The notes beneath the pieces were generated by a model, which worked only from the letters and a program-made list of their open reading frames with translations, searched no databases and was not told where the DNA came from. A stretch of DNA of 36,294 bases from a virus (lineage: Duplodnaviria; Caudoviricetes). The stretch spans positions 1 to 36,294 of IMG/VR virus record IMGVR_UViG_3300020043_001012. One strand, given 5' to 3'. This document shows positions 17,786-24,347 of this stretch, one piece after another. The translations under genes and the position numbers were made by a program. The first letter of the stretch is position 1; each line of letters starts with the position of its first letter.

Positions 17786-18247
17786 ATGACAATGATCTTA
17801 TCGGGTACAACAGGTATTGTTGAACCAACTGGTGCTGCTCCTGCGTTTAGTGCTTACTCAACAGCAGGTCAAAGTGTGTCAAACGGCGTATTTACAAAAA
17901 TTCAATTAAACGCCGAAGAATTTGACACTAATAACAACTTTGACAGCACAACAAACTATCGGTTTACACCAACAGTGTCAGGGTATTATTTCTTAAACGG
18001 ACAAGTTGAAGTCAGCGGTGCTGGCGCTGGTGAAACAGTCGCCGCAATCTACAAAAACGGATCTGTTGCGAAGTCAGGTATTGACATAACCGCTACTGTT
18101 TACGGTGCAACCGTGAGCGGTCTGATTTATCTCAACGGTTCAACAGATTATGTTGAGTTGTATGTGTATGTTCCTGCAACAAGGAACTTAATTAACTCGG
18201 GCGCTCAGTACAACTATTTCCAAGGATTCTTGGCAAGGTCGGCATAA
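17786..18247 (+). CDS. C1q/TNF-like domain adhesin-like protein
   Basis: PAFSAY...Q....FTKIQLN.EEFDTNNNFD....RFTPTVSGYY...IYKNGS...LNGSTDYVELYVY...FQGFL matches the gC1q-type pattern. Confidence 0.75.
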   Translation: MTMILSGTTGIVEPTGAAPAFSAYSTAGQSVSNGVFTKIQLNAEEFDTNNNFDSTTNYRFTPTVSGYYFLNGQVEVSGAGAGETVAAIYKNGSVAKSGIDITATVYGATVSGLIYLNGSTDYVELYVYVPATRNLINSGAQYNYFQGFLARSA

Positions 18248-18408
18248 TGACAATCTACGAAAAAATCAAAGCAATCTACCCTGAGCTGCAAGACGCAGAC
18301 TTCATGAACACCATTCGCTTGCAAAACGACAGCGATGGTCGCGGTGACTACATTGCCAAATGGGAACACCCAACGCTGGAAAAACCAACTGAGGAGCAGT
18401 TGGCATGA
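18247..18408 (+). CDS. XkdW-like small protein (53 aa); not in the ORF track
   Basis: MTIYEKIKAIYPELQDADFMNTIRLQNDSDGRGDYIAKWEHPTLEKPTEEQLA*, with the XkdW-like L.ND.DG.G.YI.KW....P.PTEE.L pattern. TAATG and ATGA coupling on the two sides. Confidence 0.75.
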   Translation: MTIYEKIKAIYPELQDADFMNTIRLQNDSDGRGDYIAKWEHPTLEKPTEEQLA

Positions 18409-18611
18409 GCGAAACGATTTCAGTAACGGCAGCACGTTTGGACACACATGAAGCAGTGTGCGCTCAAAGGTATGAACACATCAGTGACCGACTCGATAAG
18501 GGTGCAGAGCGCATGGATAAGATGCAGTATTTGATCTATGCAGTCCTTGCAGCCGTGTTGCTCGGACCAGGTGCTGCCGCTGAGTTCTTCAAGCGTTTGA
18601 TCGGTCTGTGA
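18405..18611 (+). CDS. Small coiled-coil + C-terminal TM protein (XhlA/holin-like)
   Basis: RLDTHEAVCAQRYEHI..RL followed by one hydrophobic helix; begins the lysis region. Confidence 0.6.
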   Translation: MSETISVTAARLDTHEAVCAQRYEHISDRLDKGAERMDKMQYLIYAVLAAVLLGPGAAAEFFKRLIGL

Positions 18612-18612
18612 T

Positions 18613-19371
18613 GTGGACCCAATCAGCCTACTTATGGCTGCGCAGGCTGCTGTCGCAGCCGTTCGCAAAGGTTGCGAGATGCTCAGTGAGGGTAAGGCTG
18701 AAATTGGCAAGCTCAAGTCAACAGTCGAAAAAGGTATCGGGGATGCCAAGGCCATCTACAAAGAGGTCACTGGGCTGTGGGGCTGGCTTAAAAGTTTATT
18801 ATCTGGTCGCAGAGATAATGCAAAGCCAGCACCAGTGCAGCCTACAGCGGTGGTCACCGAGCCTCAGCAGATAATAAAAAAACACAAGCAACCCGAACTC
18901 AGCTATGAGGAGTACCAGACACAAGCTATTCACCAAGTGTGTGAGCAGCTAAAGACGTTCTTCGAGATCCGCAGGAAACTGAAAGAACATTGTCTTGAGT
19001 TGGAGGAGGCGTCAAAGACGACCACCACGATTGAAGACAGTGCTTTGGATCGAGTGGAGATTGAACTGCAAATTGAGAATATGTCAGTTCAGATCCGCGA
19101 AGCCATGGTGTATGCCCCAAAGGAGCTACGTAACATCTACAGCCGCTTTCTTGAGATGTACGACCTGATTCTTGAAGAACAGGAATTTGATCGGCAACTG
19201 AAACGCAAGCGTGAAAGAGATGCAAAGTGGCGACGAGAACTTCTACGCAATCATCGAATAGACAGAACAGTGGTTTCGGTAACGGTGCTGGTTCTGGTTC
19301 TGTGGATGTGGGGACTAATGCTGTCACTAGGATGGCTCGTGAGGACACAAGGTGGTTTGTCGCTGGAGTAG
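18613..19371 (+). CDS. Hypothetical helical protein with C-terminal TM anchor (252 aa)
   Basis: GTG start, coiled-coil body, TM segment VVSVTVLVLVLWMWGLMLSLGWLV. Confidence 0.7.
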   Translation: MDPISLLMAAQAAVAAVRKGCEMLSEGKAEIGKLKSTVEKGIGDAKAIYKEVTGLWGWLKSLLSGRRDNAKPAPVQPTAVVTEPQQIIKKHKQPELSYEEYQTQAIHQVCEQLKTFFEIRRKLKEHCLELEEASKTTTTIEDSALDRVEIELQIENMSVQIREAMVYAPKELRNIYSRFLEMYDLILEEQEFDRQLKRKRERDAKWRRELLRNHRIDRTVVSVTVLVLVLWMWGLMLSLGWLVRTQGGLSLE

Positions 19372-19580
19372 TGATTCTGTCGATTGTGTTGTTCTTGGCT
19401 CTGCCGCTGTCCATGTTGGTTGTGGTGGATCATTTGAAGGTAAAGGCTGAGATCAAGGCCGAAGTGAAAGAGATGCGCAAGCTGCGCGAGAAACTTGAAA
19501 GGGAGCGTAATGGACGACAGTCACAAACAAAAGTGGACCTACCTGATGGGTCTGACCTACATGATCGTGAACCTCGCTGA
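19332..19580 (+). CDS. Single-TM + coiled-coil protein (82 aa)
   Basis: ATG 19332; WFVAGVVILSIVLFLALPLSMLVVV followed by a charged coiled coil. Overlaps both neighbours. Confidence 0.55.
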   Translation: MAREDTRWFVAGVVILSIVLFLALPLSMLVVVDHLKVKAEIKAEVKEMRKLREKLERERNGRQSQTKVDLPDGSDLHDREPR

Positions 19581-19764
19581 CTTTGTGGCGTTCCCCATCA
19601 TGTACACCATCGTGCAGTTTTGGGAAACCCAAGCAACCAACGATGCGTTTCGTCAGTGGGTTCCATTGACTCTCACCAACGGTGGTTTCATCCACATCGC
19701 ATTCGCTGCGATCCTCGGTATCTCTGCCTTCAACAAAGAAGAAAAGAAACCCGATGCTGCGTAA
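19510..19764 (+). CDS. Holin (GTA 3TM-holin-like family)
   Basis: W..LMG..YM.V...DFV.FPI...QW.PLTL..GG..H.A..AILGI.A pattern; GGGAG RBS before ATG 19510; located in the lysis cassette. Confidence 0.7.
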   Translation: MDDSHKQKWTYLMGLTYMIVNLADFVAFPIMYTIVQFWETQATNDAFRQWVPLTLTNGGFIHIAFAAILGISAFNKEEKKPDAA

Positions 19765-20149
19765 CCTTGGTGTATTCATCGCCTGCTTGACGATGGCGTT
19801 CTTTGCTGGCAAGTACCAAGAACGCCAAGAGATCAAAGCAGAAGTGACACGCATTGAATCAGCGATGCAAGATGAAGCTGCGGCTACCACGGCCAAACTT
19901 GAAAAGGAAAAACATGATGCTGAACTCAAAGTCAACCAGCTTCGTGCTGATGTCGCTGCTGGTGCTGTCAGGTTGTCAGTCCGTGCCAGTTGCTCTGCCC
20001 CCACTGCCGCAGGGGATTCAGAAGCGCGAGCCGAACTTGACCCAAAGGCTGCTGACGACCTTATCGCCATCACAGCCGACGGTGACCAAGCCATCATCGA
20101 ACTAAACTCGTGCATCGACTTTTACAACAACTTGAGGACTGTTAAATGA
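19754..20149 (+). CDS. Rz: Inner-membrane spanin (Rz-like)
   Basis: N-terminal TM, coiled coil, LRADVAAGAVRLSVRASC, AELDP..A..L..IT..GD.AI..LNSC. Confidence 0.85.
   Translation: MLRNLGVFIACLTMAFFAGKYQERQEIKAEVTRIESAMQDEAAATTAKLEKEKHDAELKVNQLRADVAAGAVRLSVRASCSAPTAAGDSEARAELDPKAADDLIAITADGDQAIIELNSCIDFYNNLRTVK
19914..20105 (+). CDS. Rz1: Outer-membrane spanin lipoprotein (Rz1-like), nested in Rz in the +1 frame
   Basis: MMLNSKSTSFVLMSLLVLSGC lipobox followed by a Pro-rich segment; AAGGAA RBS upstream. Confidence 0.8.
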   Translation: MMLNSKSTSFVLMSLLVLSGCQSVPVALPPLPQGIQKREPNLTQRLLTTLSPSQPTVTKPSSN

Positions 20150-20619
20150 AGCTCAGTGAATACTTCACTCTTGAAGAAGCCACCTACTCTGAAACCGCGA
20201 TCCGTTTGGGTATCGACAACCAGCCAAGCATCGCTCAGTTGGAGAACATGAAGCATGTGGCTGTCACCCATGCTGACCTGATCCGCAAAGAACTCGGTCA
20301 CCCAGTACACATCAATTCATGGCTTCGTTTGCCAGAAGTGAACGTGGCTGTCGGTGGATCTAAAGTGTCCTCACACATGGACGGCTGGGCATTCGATATG
20401 ACTTGCGCAGGCTTCGGTGACACACTGGCTACAGCCAAGAAGATCGCTGAGATCTTCAAAGCCAACGGTGTCAAGTTTGACCAGATCATTCACGAGTATG
20501 GCCGCTGGGTACATGTCTCTGGAGCGCCAGAGGGTCGTGGGCAACTGTTGACCATCTATCGTCCAGAGAACAAGTACAAGCCAGGCTTGCTGTCAGAAGC
20601 TGAGTATCACGCAGCCTGA
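20146..20619 (+). CDS. Endolysin, peptidase M15A family
   Basis: LSEYFTLEE.T.S.TA.R.GIDN.P, INSWLR...VN.AVGG...SSHMDG.AFD, FDQIIHEYGRWVHVS (Zn ligands H, D, H). Confidence 0.88.
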   Translation: MKLSEYFTLEEATYSETAIRLGIDNQPSIAQLENMKHVAVTHADLIRKELGHPVHINSWLRLPEVNVAVGGSKVSSHMDGWAFDMTCAGFGDTLATAKKIAEIFKANGVKFDQIIHEYGRWVHVSGAPEGRGQLLTIYRPENKYKPGLLSEAEYHAA

Positions 20620-21056
20620 CCCCAAGAGGGTACGCTGACCCACGTTGTCCTGAGAGGTTTGTGCTCAGGCTGCGTGGGTTTTTCTTTGGCTGCTTCACGG
20701 ATCTTTTTGTTGGCCAGCTTTTGCATGATGCGCTCTTGCTTCGCAGCTTCACGTCTAGCTTTGCGACGCTTGGCCTCCTCAGCCTCTTTGTCGTCCACAA
20801 TCTCCACAGGGAAGCTGGACGCCAGAGGTTTGGTGGCATTGGGTGGCACAGCCACACAGCACCAGATTGCATTGAAGGTTCGAGTGCTTGATGCTTGTGT
20901 GAAATCAGCGATGTAGCAGCCGTAGGTGCGTCGTAGGCACGCGATCAGCAAGTCTTGGGCATACCCTGTCAACTTGGCCAATTCGCGCACTGTAAGCCCT
21001 TGTGGATGGAGGAGCAGTGCTCCCCGCACCACTTCACTTATTGTCAGCTTTTGCAT
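20607..21056 (-). CDS. Hypothetical protein with N-terminal winged-HTH-like segment and basic tail
   Basis: HPQGLTVRELAKLTG; its 3' end overlaps the endolysin 3' end convergently. Confidence 0.55.
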   Translation of the reverse strand: MQKLTISEVVRGALLLHPQGLTVRELAKLTGYAQDLLIACLRRTYGCYIADFTQASSTRTFNAIWCCVAVPPNATKPLASSFPVEIVDDKEAEEAKRRKARREAAKQERIMQKLANKKIREAAKEKPTQPEHKPLRTTWVSVPSWGQAA

Positions 21057-21228
21057 CAATGATCTCCCTCAAACGCAGCAAACGCTTGATGTGGTATTCA
21101 ATCATGCTCTGGTGGTACTCGGCAGCACTTTGAGACATGAGCAATTCACGTCGTGCTTCGTCGTATTCGCGGTTTGCCAGTTGATCGGCAGTCGGTGTTT
21201 TGAACAGTTGTTTGATTTGATCTAACAT
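21034..21228 (-). CDS. Hypothetical protein (64 aa)
   Basis: AAGGAG RBS; helical. Confidence 0.65.
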   Translation of the reverse strand: MLDQIKQLFKTPTADQLANREYDEARRELLMSQSAAEYHQSMIEYHIKRLLRLREIIDAKADNK

Positions 21229-21253
21229 ATTTACTCCTTGTATAACAAGTGTA

Positions 21254-21559
21254 TCACACTTCTTTAACGAAGATACCCTCGGGAGTCAAGTAACCCTTGC
21301 GGTCTTTGATCTCGTTGTAAGCACCCTGTAGGCACTCAACCAGATCGAGGTCAGCACAAGCGCAGCCCATGATTAGGGTTACCAAGATGTCACCGTAGGC
21401 GTCTTTCATGGCTTCGCGGTCATTCATGTCAAGCGCATCAGCTAGTTCGTTGACCTCCTCAAGAGTCTTTTTCCATTGTGCGGCTGGTGTACTGTTCTGC
21501 ACAATTCGGCGTGCCTCACCCCATTGGATGATTTTCATTTCTAATTCACGGTAACTCAT
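21254..21559 (-). CDS. MazG-like nucleotide pyrophosphohydrolase
   Basis: W...R.I....AQ..K..EEVNEL.DA...DAYGDILVTLI...CL..AYNEIKDRKG; the start at 21559 has an AAGGA RBS. Confidence 0.85.
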   Translation of the reverse strand: MSYRELEMKIIQWGEARRIVQNSTPAAQWKKTLEEVNELADALDMNDREAMKDAYGDILVTLIMGCACADLDLVECLQGAYNEIKDRKGYLTPEGIFVKEV

Positions 21560-21560
21560 T

Positions 21561-22967
21561 TCATTGTCCTTTCGATTGACGGTATTGTTTGATCGCGTTA
21601 CGCAATCCTGCTTGGGTTGTTGCCTTGTCATCTAGTGCCAAAGCCTGCGCTTGATCCAGCGTGTCTCGCATCATAATGCGATGGCACATGACGGGTGCTC
21701 CTTGACCTTGACGACGTACACGAGCGTTAAACTGTTCATACAAATCAAGTGACCAGTTAAGTCCGTACCACACCAAGATGTGACCGTTCTTTTGGAGTCC
21801 GTCAATCCCATGACCCATGGATGCTGGGTGGCCGATCATCAGTTGACAGTCGCCAGTTTTCCAGCGGTGCATTGCGTTGGTCAAAGACTGTTCACTCTTA
21901 CACTCGGTCAGGTTGATCGGGCGCAGAGCTTTGAACTTCTCCATGATCCGCGCTGCATCGCTTCGGTAAGCATAGGCGCACAGAATAGGTGAGCCTTGGG
22001 CTTCGTCGATGATCTCCTCCAATGCTTCCAGCTTCAAGTCATGCACGGGTTCCCACAGCGGCATCCCAGCCACAGGGTACATTGCACCGTTGGAGAACTG
22101 GAGACACTTGTTGGTCAGCGAAGCCTGGTTAAACGCTTCGACTGTTGTGCCGCTATCGAGTTGCAAGAAGAACTCTTTTTCCATCTTGTCGTATTTGGCA
22201 CGCAAGACATCGGGCATCTCGATCTCGATGTTGTTCACGATCAAGTCAGGCAGTGGGTTGTAGTCCTCAGCAGACATCTCAAGGGTGATGTCGCCAATGA
22301 GCTTCTTGATCGTGTCCTCAGTGTCTTCGTAGGCCACCTCTTTGTACGGTCCCACCTTCTTGTAGAACCGTGTGCGAAAGGCTGTCTTGGATGTACCGAG
22401 TCGCTCACCCTTGTCCACCACCAAGAACTGACCATGCAGATCCTTGTAGCCATTGGATGCAGGTGTACCAGTGAGTCCAGTGGTCCAGTCAAAGTGTGGC
22501 AGCACTTTACGAATTGCCTTGACTCGATTGGTTGCTGAGTTCTTGCACTTGCTGATCTCGTCCCACACCACACCGTTGAATGGGATCGGGCGATCTTTCT
22601 TAATGAAGTAAGTGTGCAGCGTTTCAGACATCCACTGCATATTTTCGTAGTTGACTAGGTAGATGTCAGCAGGACGCAAGAGAGCGCGGGTGCGCTGATC
22701 CCGTGTACCTGTGACCATGCTAAATCGCAGATCCTTGGTGTGCTCCCACTTAGCGGCTTCTTGTCGCCACACAAGTCGGATCACTCGGATCGGGGCCACG
22801 ATGATCACGCCACGCAGGAAGCCCGACTTAATCAGATGCGCGAGACTCGTCAACGTGATGACGGTCTTACCCAAACCCATGTCGAGCCACAGCATCGAGT
22901 TGGGGTGTGAACACTGGAAGCCGACAGCCTTCTTTTGGTAGTCGTGCAGTAGGTTAGGAGTTAGCAT
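21561..22967 (-). CDS. SNF2-family helicase
   Basis: LHDYQ, LDMGLGKT, WDEIS, GLTGTP, HPASMGHGIDGLQ, QFNARVRRQGQ. Confidence 0.92.
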   Translation of the reverse strand: MLTPNLLHDYQKKAVGFQCSHPNSMLWLDMGLGKTVITLTSLAHLIKSGFLRGVIIVAPIRVIRLVWRQEAAKWEHTKDLRFSMVTGTRDQRTRALLRPADIYLVNYENMQWMSETLHTYFIKKDRPIPFNGVVWDEISKCKNSATNRVKAIRKVLPHFDWTTGLTGTPASNGYKDLHGQFLVVDKGERLGTSKTAFRTRFYKKVGPYKEVAYEDTEDTIKKLIGDITLEMSAEDYNPLPDLIVNNIEIEMPDVLRAKYDKMEKEFFLQLDSGTTVEAFNQASLTNKCLQFSNGAMYPVAGMPLWEPVHDLKLEALEEIIDEAQGSPILCAYAYRSDAARIMEKFKALRPINLTECKSEQSLTNAMHRWKTGDCQLMIGHPASMGHGIDGLQKNGHILVWYGLNWSLDLYEQFNARVRRQGQGAPVMCHRIMMRDTLDQAQALALDDKATTQAGLRNAIKQYRQSKGQ

Positions 22968-23682
22968 TTTTCATCTCACATGTGAATCCACAATCTGCTG
23001 GGGAATCAATTTTGAATCGACCACGCTTAGGATTAAGCTGATCAAGATATACAGGACCGTTGTCATCTTTGTTGACAGCGTGACCAATGACCCGTTCGAG
23101 TTTGGCCATGCGATCAAAGTGATCGGGAAAATCCTTACGGATCTTGTTCCAATAACCCATACCACCTTTGACACACCCGATGCAGTTGTTGTTCTGATAA
23201 CCCAACTTGTACATTACTGGCAGTTCTAAACCAAGCATTCTCAAATGCGAGTAGCAATCCTGTTTCTTTACAGCGTTGTCGATCAATATGAAATCTTCTT
23301 TGACATCGTTGTTTGAGTCAATGAAACGGTCTGCGCGATCTTGTTCTTCAACGGTGTACCCAAAGATCTGAATGTCGTCAGGACGCTGATAATCACGCCT
23401 CATGTTTTTCTTTAATTCCAAAGTGCATGGTGCGCCATGTGGTCCTTTGATGAACTGGCGTTTCATGAACACATCGTAAATAGAACCACTGTACTTTTCA
23501 TTGGTGATGATCTTTACGGGGATGCCTGTGACACGAGTGAAGTCATCAAGGAAACGAAGGTTGTCTTCGTGTTCCTCAACAACACGACAGTACACAGCTT
23601 CTATCTCACCATACTTGATGGCGGCAAGAATCGTAGCAACAGCACTGGCGGCTCCACAAGAGAACCATGAAATTACCCGCAT
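22954..23682 (-). CDS. PAPS-reductase-like / PP-loop adenine-nucleotide alpha-hydrolase family protein
   Basis: ISWFSCGAASAVA (degenerate SGGKDS loop), APCT.ELKK, IFGYTVEEQDR, MYKLGYQNNNCIGCVKGG, terminal CGFTCE. Confidence 0.7.
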   Translation of the reverse strand: MRVISWFSCGAASAVATILAAIKYGEIEAVYCRVVEEHEDNLRFLDDFTRVTGIPVKIITNEKYSGSIYDVFMKRQFIKGPHGAPCTLELKKNMRRDYQRPDDIQIFGYTVEEQDRADRFIDSNNDVKEDFILIDNAVKKQDCYSHLRMLGLELPVMYKLGYQNNNCIGCVKGGMGYWNKIRKDFPDHFDRMAKLERVIGHAVNKDDNGPVYLDQLNPKRGRFKIDSPADCGFTCEMKNANS

Positions 23683-23768
23683 TTTGGAAATACCTCAAAA
23701 ATAAACCAAGTAGTCATGTAACCAAGCCACACACCACACATGAAAATCAATATCTCTTTTGATTTCAT
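23673..23768 (-). CDS. Small hydrophobic peptide (31 aa); not in the ORF track
   Basis: MKSKEILIFMCGVWLGYMTTWFIFEVFPKCG*; fills the gap between VRR-NUC and the PAPS-reductase-like gene. Confidence 0.45.
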   Translation of the reverse strand: MKSKEILIFMCGVWLGYMTTWFIFEVFPKCG

Positions 23769-23769
23769 A

Positions 23770-24054
23770 TCAGCATCCCATCACCATTAAGTCAATCATG
23801 TTCTTACCCTCAATTACGTTATCAATTACAAAGACACTTACTTTTTGTTGTCTGAGCGTGTTGTGCTCTCGCTCCTGAGCCGCTGTCGCTTTAGCACCAC
23901 CACGCTTAAATTCACAGAACCACACACGGCCATCAGGCGCGATGAACAGACGATCTGGCACAGCAGCCCGTGCGGGGCTGGTGAACTTGTAAGCAAGCAC
24001 ACCCTTTGATCGTGCGTACTCACAGACTTTGGATTCAATTTGTTTCTCCAACAT
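23770..24054 (-). CDS. VRR-NUC domain nuclease (Holliday junction resolvase-like)
   Basis: MLEKQIE, KFTSP..AAVPDRL, FCEFKR.G...T..Q...H. Confidence 0.9.
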   Translation of the reverse strand: MLEKQIESKVCEYARSKGVLAYKFTSPARAAVPDRLFIAPDGRVWFCEFKRGGAKATAAQEREHNTLRQQKVSVFVIDNVIEGKNMIDLMVMGC

Positions 24055-24347
24055 TACCGTACACCTTTATCGTCAAGCCACAACATAAACAACAAACAAC
24101 ATCCAGCATGAGCCAAGTGATGCAGACCACTTTCAGGGTCACGTTTCTCACCATCACGCCAAGCGTGAACATGACGCATCAGCGCATCGTAGTAACGCTC
24201 TGGACCGCGATCAACGTGCTGCCAATTATTCTCTTTGTACTTGGCTGCACCGAACTCAAGCACCTGGATGATCTGCTGCACAGTGTTTGTTGGTAACAAG
24301 CTCCAACGTGGTTTTGCACCATCGAATTTCAGGCCAGACCCAGACAT
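24054..24347 (-). CDS. dATP/dGTP diphosphohydrolase N-terminal-domain (DUF5664) protein
   Basis: GLKFDGAKPRWSLLP, VLEFGAAKY..NNW, YYDALMRH..AW..GE..DPESGLHHLAHA.C. Confidence 0.85.
   Translation of the reverse strand: MSGSGLKFDGAKPRWSLLPTNTVQQIIQVLEFGAAKYKENNWQHVDRGPERYYDALMRHVHAWRDGEKRDPESGLHHLAHAGCCLLFMLWLDDKGVR

Noticed and set aside
15985-18247. Diversity-generating retroelement or invertible tail-fibre switch
   Set aside because: No reverse transcriptase, invertase, or nucleotide-level template/variable repeat pair was seen; the shared C-terminal motif is similar only at protein level.
18874-18884. A7 run as a possible programmed frameshift in the 252-aa gene
   Set aside because: The -1 frame closes within about ten codons and no stimulatory structure is evident; this is simply Lys-Lys codons.
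21254-24347. Z-genome (2-aminoadenine) pathway
   Set aside because: No PurZ or HD-domain dATPase was seen in the window; the hydrolases alone are insufficient evidence.
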